In this document: in pieces, positions 12,746 through 27,441 of the stretch
How the letters are laid out: every line of letters starts with the position of its first letter
How positions within the stretch are numbered: the stretch's first letter is position 1
Assembly (NCBI GenBank): GCA_951804945.1
Contig: OX638150.1
Coordinates: 41,602,001-41,666,000, forward strand
Length of the DNA stretch: 64,000 nt
Direction of reading: 5' to 3'
Source of the DNA: Podarcis cretensis
Lineage: Eukaryota
The notes under the pieces: generated by a model
What the model was told of the DNA's origin: nothing
Databases searched by the model: none
What the model saw: the letters and a program-made list of their open reading frames with translations, nothing else
Made by a program: the position numbers and the translations under genes

Positions 12746-13545
12746 TCATAACAAAATAAACAAAAAAAAATTAGCATCATGACAAAAAGCACGATCTGAG
12801 AGTCCCTAGTTAAAATGTTTTATATCGGCTGTGAATTCACTGAATGACATTGTGAAACACATTGTGGCCTACTTCTTTTAATATTTGTAAGCACAGCAGA
12901 GAGGATGTAAAAAAACAAACAAGAGGCCTTTTCTTATAACTGGGTTGGGATGAGTTAGATCAACCAAATCTCAATCTGTCCAAATTATGATGGCATTGCA
13001 GAGTAGAGTAGATGTAATTAGGCTTCTTCTCAGACGTACTATCTGAAACCTATGGTAGTCCAACAGACAGGACATTGGCTAAAAGTTCGCAGGCTGCGCT
13101 GCTGTTTTGCTCAGTTTTTACAGGAGGTGCAAAGACATGAATGCAGTAAAGTTTCTTTCCTGTAAAAGTCCTTAAGCATCTGTTTCCTATTACATTTTTC
13201 CTTTAAGTCTGCATTGATGTTGTGAACATAATCACTCCAATGGCTCTGGCACTATTTTTGTAATGAGTAGTTTAATGCAGTCCAGATGGTGATTTATTTT
13301 TGTATAGAAGTAATCTCCAGTAGTGAAGGTTTTTAAATTCTGATTTGATAAGAGAGAGTTCCTCCCCTGAAGGAGAAATGCATTGTGAATTATCTTCACC
13401 TGATGGAAGTGTAATAATAGTGATACACTAAGAAATGCATTCAAACATTGATTTAATGGATGTAAAGGTAAAATGTAGCTGTAGTTGAGGGGTATTGCCG
13501 CTTCTCTTCTCAGTTTAAATAAACTTGGATGCATTGAATTTGTAA

Positions 13546-13815
<270 letters not shown>

Positions 13816-14736
13816 TAAGCGCCAAATAGGCACAGACCTTAATATTGAGGAAATTCTGGTGCACACTCCTGACTTGCAGGGTACACAATTTTTAAAATAT
13901 GCCACAATAGGCTGGTCAACATTTATCCCAATTCTTAGTGCTGAATAGGCTCAGGTTCTCCTGAAGTAAATAAAGCTTCATCAGTTGAGTCATCTGAAGA
14001 CTGAGTTACAAGGCTGTGTTCTGACTTGGCATACACTGAAACTGCACCTGGGTGATTTTGTTGCTGGGAAAATTACCAATGGACTAGATACGACAGGAAG
14101 TAATTAAAACGAGTAACTACAGCTTTTGTGGCTGGTTATGACCATTGCACAAAGGTCTGCAGGTCAGAATGCAGAAAGTGGAAGATTTAGCATGGAGTTC
14201 TTGCAACCATTTTGATTGCTTACCACATTTTCCTCAAATCTACATATGCTGCACTTCCAAATTCCCTACTTTTCCCTTTCTGAAATCCATTCAGCTGTTA
14301 TAGCCAGCTTAAAAACAGTACGCAAGCAAAATGCCAATTTATGGTTGGAGACACGACACTTTGCAAAGCTCCCTGAAGTATGAACTTCCTAAGGGCCTCT
14401 AGATTCTAGAATCAAGAGAGGAGCTTGCCATATGATTCTGTCAGCAAATAAAAATGGAGCATCTAGGCTTCATGGACTCAGATGTTGTATATCTTGCTCC
14501 TTTCTGTTGTGTTGAAATTCACTGTTGAAATGCACCCCTACCCAAAATGGCATATATATTTCCTACACAATACTTACCCTTCCCTTGATCATCATGCCTT
14601 ATTTCTTTTAACACAACATGTTTTTGTTCTGCCTTATATTTCCTTTATAATACATAGTTTTGAAATCTAGCTCCCTCAGTTGCTCTTTTCACATTCCCAC
14701 TGTATTTTCTTCCTTCAACCTTCTTTTAAAACAATC

Positions 14737-14737
<1 letters not shown>

Positions 14738-14779
<42 letters not shown>

Positions 14780-14998
14780 AGGCTCCAGGCAAAAACTTTC
14801 CTCTATAACCAGGCCTTTGGCCTTTTAACTATCTGTGGCCTTTTAGAAGTTGGCGGAAATTTTTTAATGTATTTCTTTACCGCCTTAGTTTTAATGTATC
14901 TATGTGGGGTTTTATTTTGTTGTTAATTTGGTTGTTGGTTGGTTGTTGTTCACTTTGGGTTGCCCTGGATGAGACAGAGTAACTAACAAATTTAATAG

Positions 14999-15036
<38 letters not shown>
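14738..15036 (+). repeat. (GTT)14 and (ATT)~12 microsatellites bracketing a probable L2-like LINE 3' fragment
   Basis: Direct reading; the intervening CAGGCAAAAACTTTCCTCTATAACCAGGCCTTTG resembles an L2 3' end. Confidence 0.7.
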
Positions 15037-15038
<2 letters not shown>

Positions 15039-15709
15039 GTCACATTTCCTTTATTGTCTTCAAGTCTTCCCTAAAGTTTGATTTACTCATAGCAGGGTTA
15101 TATGTCCAGAACTGCCTCCTCTGTTAGAGCTTAGCTCTGGAAGATTAAGTAGTTTGAAAAAGGCCTGTGGCTATTGGCATATGCAGAGTGCATTTATATT
15201 GCCACTGAGCAATTGCAAGCAGGAATCATGGGTTGCAGAATCTTCCGAATCAGAGCCTGATGGCATTTAGTAGCCCAAGCACAAGCAGTTCTCAGTTTAT
15301 GCACAGCCTGGAAGCTCAGAGGGAGTTCACCACATGCCAGGAGAACATTATCTCTCCTTTCAGTGCCATCTCCATGTCTCCCTCTAAGCTGGCTGTGAAA
15401 TAGTATTTCACCTCTGCTTAATTTATGAATTTTGCACTCTCTCTGTCTCTTTAAGACTCAAGGAAACAATTTTGATTAATTTATGAATAGTGCAGCCCGT
15501 GGTGGATGTAGTTCAGACTATTTGGAAGAAGCGTAGGACCTCTAATGGTTTTAGAGGTAGTAATTTCATACATCAAATTCTACCCTGAGAATTTCTGGTG
15601 CTGATGAAGACACAGTGCAAAATAGAATGTGTGAAAAGAAGTGGGGTGGGGGGGATTGCTGTTGTTAATTAGGAGGAGCTTGTTTCCTTTTCATGGCAAA
15701 AATGCATAG

Positions 15710-15886
<177 letters not shown>

Positions 15887-16605
15887 TAAAGAGAAGCTGA
15901 ATTGATTTCATGGTTTTACTATCTTTTTGCATATGTGAAGGGCACAGATGGCTCTGTTTGTCAGGTCATTTGTACTGGCGCTGTCCAAGATACCTTGGAT
16001 GAGTGATTCCTAAATAATGAACTCTGCAGCTAGGCTTCAGTTCGGTATTTGGAGTTAAGGTTCTGTATTTGGAATGCTGCAGTGGTGCAGGCCTCAATGA
16101 AATCTGCATCACCCATATTAACAGATCCAGCAGACAATTACAGTCTATAAAGCTTTATAAAATTTATTGAGCCCTTGGCTGGACAGAAACATGTAAGCTT
16201 CAAGCCAGGCAGTTAAAGGAGTGCTGGCATCAGCTATCAAACTCACACTGGACAGAAGAGCACTCAAGCTGGGAATAGTGCCAAGGTGCTGTTGGTAGGC
16301 CAAAGCAGCATGGTATTTACACTTCAGATGAAGCACAAATTATTGTGAGAAGGCTTCCACTTCTTCTTGGGATCATCAGCATTCCAGATGTAGATGTTCT
16401 TTGAGGATACTTTTTTACTTTTGTGTCTTCTGAAATATTGTTTGTCTACCTTTGTCCTCTGGAAAGTTTTTGTTTGTTTCCAGCCCAATGTGAAAATGAA
16501 TCTAGGTTTTAAAATAGTTTATAAATACTAGGGAACTGGTCTCTGAACTCTTTAAACTTTGTCATTGTTAGAGAATTAAATACTGGCCTGCCATAACGTC
16601 TTGTA

Positions 16606-16886
16606 TAGGCTTGCCATACGTCAGGAAAATTCCTGACATGTTCTGGTTTTGGGGTGTAAAAATGGTACAGGGGGGAATTTTGCCAAATTGGCAAAATGTC
16701 AGGGAAAACCCGGATATATGGCAACATGATGGGAAAAAAGCAGTGGAAACAGCTCCAGAAGCTTAAAATCACTATTTTGGGGGGAGGTTTCTCCACAAAA
16801 GCTCAACAATTTGGGTTTGTTCCCCACAAAAGCCCAACTACTTTGCAGATGTCAGGAATTTCCCTTTTTGAAATATGGAAACCTTA
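16606..16886. mobile_element. Probable degenerate hAT-like non-autonomous DNA element
   Basis: Ends TAGGCTTGCCATA ... TATGGAAACCTTA, plus internal TATGGCAAC; no clear TSD. Confidence 0.4.
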
Positions 16887-16961
16887 GGATTAAATGAATG
16901 GAGAGTTACTTTACCCAGTGTCTTGAAGAAACCTCTCTTGCGTTTTTCCTCCTCAATACAG

Positions 16962-17105
16962 CTGATTTACTCCTTGAAGGGTTTAATAACTACAGATTCC
17001 TCTCCAATGGCTACGTGCCCATTCCTGGCCAGCAAGATAAGGATAACTTTCAGGAGACAATGGAAGCCATGCATATCATGGGGTTTTCTCATGATGAAAT
17101 CTTGG
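16962..17105 (+). CDS. MYH10: MYH10 exon ([13 protein letters not shown]...FSHDEIL)
   Basis: tacag|CT GAT...TTG G|gtatgt, 144 nt. Confidence 0.96.
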
Positions 17106-17274
17106 GTATGTTTGAAATGGTTTTGGTTTTTGAAGCGGGGAAATGTGTGTTTTTACACTTAAAACCTGTAGCATTTTTGTAAAACTGCAGAAAGTAAGTT
17201 CAGTATTGTATCTAGAATAGTGTGGCATCGCAGCTTAATAAACATGGTATATGGCTCTAAATATGGACTTGAAA

Positions 17275-17316
17275 CAAAATAAAAAAATTTCTTCCAGTAG
17301 CACCTTAAAGACCAAC
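17275..17316. mobile_element. 42-bp truncated retroelement insertion (Penelope-like terminus)
   Basis: Perfect 13-bp TSD TATGGACTTGAAA (17262-17274 / 17317-17329) around ...GTAGCACCTTAAAGACCAAC. Confidence 0.65.
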
Positions 17317-17570
17317 TATGGACTTGAAAGTATGTACATAACGAGCAGTAAAATCTTAAAAAGTCAGAGACTTTTAATGGTCCGGGCAGGGCATTATGTA
17401 GTTCATTAACTCTCCAAGAGTAGCATAAATCCTAAAAAAGGTAATAACCTCTTGGTGTAGAACTGGATTACCCTAGTGTAGGATTTCAGTACCTTTATTT
17501 TAGGGTTTGTAGAGCCTCTGACATATACCTTGCCTTGCTGAAACATTGGACTTGTCAGATACAGCTATGA

Positions 17571-17825
<255 letters not shown>

Positions 17826-18932
17826 TAGCACAGTAGACTTGATTTTAGTCTGTTTTCCTCATCAGTGATTGATATCTGCATAGATGCTTGCAAAGAAACA
17901 GCTCCCTCTGTATCAAGGATAGCCAATGTGGTGCCATTCAGACGTTGAAGACTGCAGCTCCCATCAGCCCCAAGCAGCATGGCCAGGGATGATGGGAGTT
18001 GCAGCTCACATCATCCTGCACCATGTTGGTTATGCCTGCAATATAGAGGCAGCTGTGGTTGTAACGGTAAGTCCTAGCCTTCAGGTACTAAGAAACTGGT
18101 ACTGTTCACACATCTTGTGTTTTGTTCCCCCCACCCCCAAACCTACTAAATACTTCAGAATCCCTGAGACTATGTTGAGGTATTTCCTCTTTGAAAAAGT
18201 ATTTGAACTCTAACCTCATTAAGAGCTTATCAGCAAAGTCTTTAAAACTCCCAAGTAAAATGGTATGTGCAGTTGAATCGGTTTATTTTTCTTGGGTCTA
18301 TACAGTGATTATGCTGCCAGGGACAGTGATTCTGGAGCCAAACACGACTTTTTGGAGAATTGGAGACCATAAATGCTAAGTTTAGAAAATCTGATTGTTC
18401 AAGTGGCAGGGTGGTATGCATAGGACTGACTTTATAATTTAATACTATCCATGTCTAATGTTCCTCATAATCATTGGGGGGGGGGGATCCTGACACATGT
18501 AGGAATTTTCTCACGTTCTTAGTTCACTTTTTGTATTCTCTGTGACAAGGATCATCTGTATCATTCAGCCCTTTGTGCTTAAGTGGATTTCTTAAGGGAA
18601 CTTGTTAATGCATAGAGTAGTGTGTCACTGCCTTTGTCATCAGAGTGGGTTCATTATCCCCACCCCCCGAGTGCTGATTTAATACTGGTTAAAATGTATG
18701 CTGTGACATGTATGAAGCACAACTATATGTAACATGTATTTTCTGAATCTACAGAGTTTCAGTGATAGTTTTATTATATGCTAACACAGAGTTTTATTTT
18801 ACGCAAACCCAGGCACACGTTCCTGGTGAATGAATGCTAGAATTATGAACTTATTGAATTGGTTGTTTGGAAGGCTTCACTTGTTGAGTTGCAGAGCTTA
18901 CTTATTGCCCTACCTTTCATTAATGTGAAGTA

Positions 18933-19173
18933 CAGTGGTACCTTGGAAGTTGAACGGAATCCGTTCCAGAAGTCCTTTTGACTTACAAAACATTTGGAAA
19001 CGAAGGAGTGGCTTCCGATTGGCTGCAGTAAGCTCCTGCAGCCAATCGGAAGCCCTGTCGGACGTTCACATTCCAAAGAGTGTTCACAAATCGGAACACT
19101 CACTTTCAGGTTTGCGGCGTTCGGAAGCCAAAACGGACAAGTACCAAGGCATTTGGGATCCAAGGTACGACTG
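18933..19173. mobile_element. Tc1/mariner MITE family B
   Basis: TIR CAGTGGTACCTTGGA / TCCAAGGTACGACTG, TA TSD, internal inverted repeat GCTTCCGATTGGCTGCAG / CTGCAGCCAATCGGAAGC. Confidence 0.85.
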
Positions 19174-19562
19174 TACTGGTGTTACTCCTTGAGTGATTTT
19201 CAAATGGTGTTCTGAGAAATGCTGAGATTCCTCATTGATAGAATCAGTAATGGTGGAAAAACTTCCTTGAAGGTCAATTTGCCCACCATTGCCAGCGTTC
19301 CCCGGCAGCATGTAGCTGCAGGGCAGTGGCTGAATGTGTGCTAGGGTGTACGCTTGGTTCATGTAGGGTAGTGCAAAGACTCATTAAGCCTATATGAACT
19401 GAGTTGGCAGCCTAGAACATTCACTGGAGTCCTTTGCAATACACAGGGAGTACATTGTCAAACAAGTTGACTTGGAAGGGGTTCCTTAAAATTAGGAACT
19501 GTGGGAAATACCTTTTGGGGACACCTATTTAGTGTTAAAACCAGTTGTTGAGGTTCTGGTAA

Positions 19563-19961
<399 letters not shown>

Positions 19962-20034
19962 TAAGGAGACAAGTACACTGATCATCAGTACACTGGGTGC
20001 AGTGGTTGATCAGTGAGATACAGGTGTTTTGTTT

Positions 20035-20038
<4 letters not shown>

Positions 20039-20067
<29 letters not shown>
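20039..20067 (+). repeat. (TG)n microsatellite
   Basis: Direct reading. Confidence 0.9.
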
Positions 20068-20070
<3 letters not shown>

Positions 20071-20212
20071 AAAACTAGAAAGCCACATAATGGCTGGCCG
20101 CCTGTGTCTAGGTGGTACAACGTTCAAGCTTAGATCTTAATTAGAATATGACATTTATACTTTTTTGGGATGAAGGGTGTGATATAAACAAAATAAATAT
20201 ACCTAGGAAATA

Positions 20213-20500
20213 CAGTGGTGCCTCGCAAGACGAAAAGAATCCGTTCCGCGAGTCTCTTCGTCTAGCGGTTTTTTTGTCTTGCGAAGCAACCCTATTAGCG
20301 GCTTAGTGGATTAGCGCTATTAGCGGCTTAGAAAAAGGGGAAAAAGTGAAAAAAAAATTCGCAAGACTCGCAAGACGTTTTTGTCTTTGCGAAGCAAGCC
20401 CATAGGGAAATTCGTCTTGCGAAGCGCCTCAAAAACGGAAAACCCTTTCGTCTAGCGGGTTTTTCGTCTTGTGAGGCATTTGTCTTGTGGGGCACCACTG
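20213..20500 (-). mobile_element. Tc1/mariner MITE family A, copy 2 (inverted relative to copy 1)
   Basis: Same TIRs, TA TSD. Confidence 0.9.
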
Positions 20501-20599
20501 TAGCATGTTCATTATCTTTCTATTAGAAATAGTAACTGTGTTAAACTTAGTATTTCTATTTTCTTACAACTTCTTCCAAATTCTCGTTCAAATTTTCAG

Positions 20600-20752
20600 G
20601 CAGACTTTGCTGTGGAGGCATTGGCAAAAGCCACCTACGAACGCCTTTTCCGCTGGCTTGTTCACCGCATTAACAAAGCTCTGGATAGGACCAAGCGACA
20701 GGGAGCTTCTTTCATCGGAATCCTGGATATTGCTGGATTTGAAATCTTTGAG
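20600..20752 (+). CDS. MYH10: MYH10 exon, switch II ([10 protein letters not shown]...[11 protein letters not shown])
   Basis: ttcag|GCA...GAG|gtattt, 153 nt. Confidence 0.97.
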
Positions 20753-21144
20753 GTATTTAGACAAATGAAAGAAATCTCCAGTACTTACTAGATTGAGAGA
20801 TTTTTGTAACATATATAAAATAGCATTGCAATGGATCTGGTAGCTCCAAACTGCAATATTGAAAGTTCATGGATAAGATTCTACTCTACACGTGTGCACA
20901 TTTTTCAGTGGCTTTTCCTGACTTTTAAGCAGTCTTGGTAAGCTCTGAATGAGATGGGGTTTCTGTGTAAGAGATTAGCACGTCTGCCTTATTTCCTTGC
21001 TATCATAGAATCATGTGCAAAACTCTTTGCACATTTGGCCAGTTGCTTGTTAAATGGTTTGCCCTGCAAAACTTACATTGTAGTATAACCAATACAAAAG
21101 CTATAAAACTCTAAAAAGTTAACTTTCTTGATATTTTCCCCTAG

Positions 21145-21351
<207 letters not shown>

Positions 21352-22235
21352 TAGCTTTCTCAACCAAGATCTCTCTTTGATGTAAATCATTCCATACACC
21401 TTACCGATCCAAGTTTTGTTTTTTGTTTTTCTAGAGGGGCTTGTCCAGGATTTAAGTGTTGAATCAAGAGACATTTCTGTAAAGTGTGCCTGTAGACAAA
21501 TCCAGCAAGTGCTACCCTCCTGATTTGCATTTGTGGCATTATTATTCTGCTTTTCTAATTAAAAACTGATCAGGAGACTTAAAAAGCAAATTTATAATAA
21601 ACAAAACCCAGCTAGAAAAATGTGTTATGAACTGAAATTCAGAATGATGTTCTTACAGGCAATACATGCCTCACTGGATCTGATTAACAAGGCGCTGGTA
21701 ACTTGGAACATGCCCAAATGTACTCTAGGCTTGCTTATGTCACACATTATTTTGTGAGCTAACTGAATGGTAGGGAACCATGACTCTCAGTGTATATGTC
21801 ACTGAGCTCTGTTTCTTTTCCTATTTCTCGTCCTATACCTTTAATAGCTCTTACTCCGGTTCTGATAATTTTGATTACATTTCAGGTAGCTCTGTGTTGC
21901 TATGAGACATCCTGTGAGGCAAAGCATCAAGTTGGTTGAACTTGATGCTTTAGAATTCTTGATATGCTTGTATCTTATTCCCTTCTTGTATCTGATTTCA
22001 AAATCAACTGACTTGGGGAGGGGGGGGGGGGAATCCATTGCCATTAGTCACGTATGTCCACTTGTATCTCCTGTTGAAATGTGAATATGGATCTTATTTT
22101 TGCATAAGCACGTGCTCTGCTTCGGCTGTGTTGCTCAGGTGCAACTGGGTGGTGAAAGGAATATCAAATGAGGGGAGGTGAGAACAGAATAGATTCTGGT
22201 AATAAAACATTTATTTATGTACTAATCCTTGCTAG

Positions 22236-22472
<237 letters not shown>

Positions 22473-23180
22473 TGAGAGGCTACAGGAGCCTGTGTATCTT
22501 GCTATTTGAGAATAAGTTTGGCCTCCTGAGTCTGGTCATCAAGTAGGATTGGAGAGTGAAATATGTTGCTTCCAAACTCTGGTGCCCATTTTGATTCCAT
22601 GCAAGATACTTCACGTGCTGCAGTACTTTAAAGAAAATCAATTTCACACTTACGGGTATAACTTGCCCTTATAGGTATAATCAGTTAATTTGTAGAAGAA
22701 CTTAATCAGCAACTATTGAAGAAGGCACCTCACAATTTGAATCAATATTTTTCCACTGGGGCTTACCTAGATGGGTTTCAAAGTGTCTGTATCCCACTTT
22801 GATCTTGGCAGGGTGGTCCTGCAGATCTTGAATCAAAGTCAGTATGGATCAAACATGTACTGAATTTTGGGTGGGGCGGGGTGAGAGGAAGCTATGTTGC
22901 TATTCATCCCTCCTGAATGTTTAAAGGCTGGGTCGTGTTCCTGAGATGCAAATAGTAACTGACTAGTGCTTTGGGCCAAGGACTGGAGAAGCCTTGCTAT
23001 CAGTTGTTTCCCCTTTAATACACCTCTAGCAGCATGCCCAAGTACAGTAGTTGCCAGAAACTCGTAGTGCTTTTTTCATATCTTGCCCTGACAAGTCAAT
23101 TGCAGCTCCTGAATTTTTACTTACTTTTCCAAAACTTTATTAGGCATTACAAATATAGGCTATCATAGAACATCCATATA

Positions 23181-23406
23181 CAGTGGTACCTCAGGTTAAG
23201 TACTTAATTCGTTCTGGAGGTCCATTCTTAACCTGAAACTGTTCTTAACCTGAAGCACCACTTTAGCTAATGGGGCCTCCTGCTGCCGCCGCGCCGCCGA
23301 AGCATGAATTCTGTTCTCATCCTGAAGCAAAGTTCTTAACCCAAGGTACTATTTCTGAGTTAGCGGAGTCTGTAACCTGAAGTGCATGTAACCCAAGGTG
23401 CCACTG
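23181..23406. mobile_element. Tc1/mariner MITE family C
   Basis: TIR CAGTGGTACCTCAGGTTA / TAACCCAAGGTGCCACTG, TA TSD. Confidence 0.85.
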
Positions 23407-23423
23407 TATAAAATTTTAAACTA

Positions 23424-23778
23424 CAGTGGTGCCCCGCAAGACGAACGCCTCGCAAGACGGAAAACCCGCTAGACGAAAGGGTTTTCTGTTTTGGAGGCGC
23501 TTCGCAAAATGAATTCCCTATGGGCTTGCTTCGCAAGACGAAAATGTCTTGCGAGCTCCTGCGGGTTTTTCCCCCTCCCCCCCCCCTTTTCCTAAGGCGC
23601 TAAGCCGCTTATCAGCTGATCTGCTGATAAGCCGCTTAACAGCTGATCGCTAAAAGCCGCTAAACCGCTAATAGCACTAATCCGCTAAGCTGTCAATGGG
23701 CTTGCTTCGCAAGACGAAAAAACCACTATACGAAGAGCCTCATGGAACGGATTAATTTCGTCTTGCGAGGCACCACTG
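23424..23778 (+). mobile_element. Tc1/mariner MITE family A, copy 3
   Basis: Near-identical to 7438-7809, TA TSD. Confidence 0.9.
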
Positions 23779-24466
23779 TATATACAAATAAACAGCCATG
23801 TAAAATATGTAATAACGAGGAGTTTCTTCTTGCTAAATTGTGCCATTCACTACTCTTTAAGAGATACTACTGACAAAAACTCAGCCACCTTTGCAGTTAC
23901 TTCCGGGTTAATGTCAGCCTCAAGGAACAAAGTCATATCCATCAGTGAGGCACTGCCCAGGACTCCAAATGCCTCTCTGAGCACCTTTTGGTGGAAGGTT
24001 GGGCTAATTTTAATAAATAAGAATAAGAATATTTTTTTTAAAAAAATGATAATAACCCTACAATCGGTTGGGGGGGAGGCATTTTCCTACCGCCATGTAA
24101 ACACTGGGAAGTTGTGATCTCTAAAATGAGTTTGAAAGACTTATGTGTCACTTGCAGCAGAGGGAGAATCTGGAAAGTATCATGTTAAGTGGATCCACTG
24201 TACACATAAAAACCGTGTTCAGACAACCCACCTCATGCATTCAGTGTGACGGAGGAGTTGTGCCTGCTATCCATACACCCTTGACAGTGTGGTACATTCA
24301 GTGTTAGTCTGAAAAGGGAGTTCAGTAAGTGTGTGCAGAGGTTCTTCACAATTTCAGCACTGCTTAAATGTCAATCACATATGCGGAGATGCATCTCATC
24401 TTCCCTTAAAAAGAAAAAACTGGTTGGGAAGGTTGACAGTATTTGATGTTTACCCCACTTGCTTAA

Positions 24467-24616
<150 letters not shown>

Positions 24617-25633
24617 TGAGCTGGTAAATCCTGGTGGGTGAGTTGGGACCTTCTCTGCAAAGCTTACACATGAATCCTTCATGGGTTGGTGCAATTCCTC
24701 TGAGACTCCTGCCAGCAGTGGCAGCAGGAGGGTTTAAAGTGCTGCTGCAGTATCAATTAATTTACTTGCACATGTGTCATTATGGGCTGATTGCACTTCC
24801 ATACATCAATCTACTTAGCTGCAAGTGTGTTTTGAGTAGACTCTTTTCATAGTCATTTAGGATAGTTTGAAAGTCTCTGTTGTGACTAAACGACTCTCAA
24901 CCTTTTATGACAGCTAAAAGTACTGAAGCTCCTGTTTTAGTTATCAGCAATGGGTACACTTGTAAAACAGGACAGTAAACTAAGAATTTTGAATAATCAA
25001 AGTTTAAATAGCTCTTAAATATTGTATCATAATAGTATATTAAGTCTTTTTCTTGCATTGTTAATTTTCTGTTTGCCTGGTATGGCGGAACATAAGCTTC
25101 CTTAACCAAAAACACTTCTTAAAACTTGGTTGGATTGCTTGGAGTGCTTCCAAGACGGTGTTATAATTTAGTATGCTTTTAACGCCTGCTTAACTTTTAG
25201 CTTCGCATTAACTTAATTTAGGAAGAGAACTGATGGATTACACCAAAAGACACTTTTAATCCTGGATCCCTGTGTTCCATAGTGACCAAACAGATGCCTA
25301 TGGGAAAGCACAAACCAGACATAAGGGCAAAAGCCTTTTATGGCTATTGCTCGCCAGTAAATGTGCCATCTACCTGTCAATCACCTGATGGCATTCCCAC
25401 CTGTCAAATTTATCTTGGGGAGATAAGGATCTGCAGCACATTGGGACTTCAAAGTACCACATAGGGCTAGCAAATAGCCCTGCACGGTGCTTTGAAGCCC
25501 CACAGAGGTTTGGACTTCCCAACTATTGACTGTTATCAGACTCCCAAAGTCGGCTTTCTGCAATGATAGATTGTTCAATCAGTCTAGCAAGTTTGGAGAT
25601 ACTGCATATCACCTGATTGGTGGGAACTCTGTA

Positions 25634-25930
25634 CAGTGGTGCCTTGCAAGACGAAATTAATCCGTTCTGCGAGTCTCTTCGTCTTGCGGTTTTTTCGTCT
25701 TGCGAAGCACGGCTATTAGCGGCTTAGCGGCTATTAACGGCTTAGCGGCTATTAACGGCTTAGCGGCTTTAAGAAAAAGGAAACAAACTTGCAAGAACTC
25801 GCAAGACGTTTCGTCTTGCGAAGAAAGCCCATAGGGAAATTCGTCTTGCGAAGCACCTCAAAAAACGGAAAACTCTTTCGTCTAGCGAGTTTTTCGTCTT
25901 GCGAGGCATTCGTCTTGCGGGGCACCACTG
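25634..25930 (-). mobile_element. Tc1/mariner MITE family A, copy 4 (inverted)
   Basis: Same TIRs, TA TSD, internal (GCGGCTATTAACGGCTTA)n array. Confidence 0.9.
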
Positions 25931-26910
25931 TATATGTTCCTTGGAAAGGAAAAAAAAAGAATGCTCCATCTAAAAGCAGAGTATTGTTTTCCTTCCAAAA
26001 GTGTTTGCAAAACCCCTTGAGCAGCACTTCCCAGGCATCTGACAACCAGCTGATTCCTGGGTGCTTAGAAAGTGCTGTAGGAGGGGCATTTTCTACAGAT
26101 ACATAAAATATATCAAGGCGGCTGACAGCATAGAATGCAATAAAATCTAGAAACGTCTATAAAACATAATTTAAAACATCAGTAGATACTGGTTGGTTTA
26201 AAAAAGAAATGCATGTTGGGAAGGCCTGTCCAGAAAATACAGCTTTTAAGGGGTTTCTCAAAGAAGGGGAGGGCTGGTCCCTGCTAAACCCCTACAGGCC
26301 TGTAATGAAGTACCAAACCTAAGGCCTATGAGGAACCACCAGGATCTCGGGGAGTGAGGTGGTGTATAAGGGACCAGATGGTCATTGAGGTACTTCGGGC
26401 CCAAGTTGATTTTGGCTTTGTGAGCTAACACAAGAACATTGAACCTAGTCTACTAGCAAAAGTAGCAACAAATCAAGATGGTCAGCTTTCCTTATGTAGG
26501 GGACATGCCCCTGGTAAATTTGGTTGCCATTGTTCTGCATCATCTTTAGGTCTACAAACAGCCTTTTAAAGATATAGTTACCAGCTGCACTATACAAGTG
26601 TGGCCCATCATAGATTTATACAAAGGTGCAATATTAGCAGTTTATTTCCTCGCTAAGGTCAATTTTAGTGAAGCAAAGTAAACATGCTGAAGACCGAAGA
26701 AATGCTTTTGAGGTCCTATGGAGCCAGGTTTCAAGAATGTTTAATGACTATGATATATGCCCATCTGGGAATATTGTAAATCCTTGGAGCAGGGACCATG
26801 TGTGGATTGTGAGAAGGGGGCGTTTCCATGTCTGTCATAAGTTTAGTTGTAAAGTTAGTAGAAGGTGTGCCTGTGGGCTTATTGCTTAACAGTCCATACG
26901 TAGTTTCTCT

Positions 26911-27055
26911 CAGTGCTTTTTTCTGGGGGTACACAGGGGTACGCATACCCCTAAACATTTTGTGAATCTAAGTTTAGCCTCATTGAGGGACAGTATTTCA
27001 ATATGAGTAGGAAAATGAGAGTACCCCTAAACATTTTTTAAGGAAAAAAGCACTG
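26911..27055. mobile_element. hAT-type MITE (145 bp)
   Basis: TIR CAGTGCTTTTTT / AAAAAAGCACTG; perfect 8-bp TSD GTTTCTCT; internal direct repeat TACCCCTAAACATTTT x2. Confidence 0.85.
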
Positions 27056-27378
27056 GTTTCTCTATTAAAGAGGCTGCAAACCAGCCCCAAAGTATGCATG
27101 AACACAATTGTTCCATTTCAGAACATTATTTCAGTAAACAGTTCCTTGTTGTGAAAGATGGAATCACTGTTTCCTTGTAAATCTATAGTCTGACACCTGC
27201 CTTTATGTTCACTGTTTGGACCCTGAAATCAACACACTCTTCTGAAGATCCATCATTACACCATAGTGACCTGTTATGCACTTTGTTAAAGCTTGCTTGC
27301 AATTCAAAATTGTCTTCTCTTTACTAACTAGACTGTCTTGTGTATCTGCTCTTTGTTCTTGCCGTTTGTGTGCCATAG

Positions 27379-27441
27379 AGATTCACAATTTTCAGAGAGC
27401 TTCTTTCTATGACAATGTTACTGGTCTTCCTGACACACCAG
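27379..27441 (+). CDS. MYH10: MYH10 alternative cassette B2, 21-aa loop-2 insert (EIHNFQRASFYDNVTGLPDTP)
   Basis: ccatag|AG ATT...CCA G|gtgaat; 63 nt, phase 1-1; resembles the mammalian B2 insert (QRASFYD core). Confidence 0.9.
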
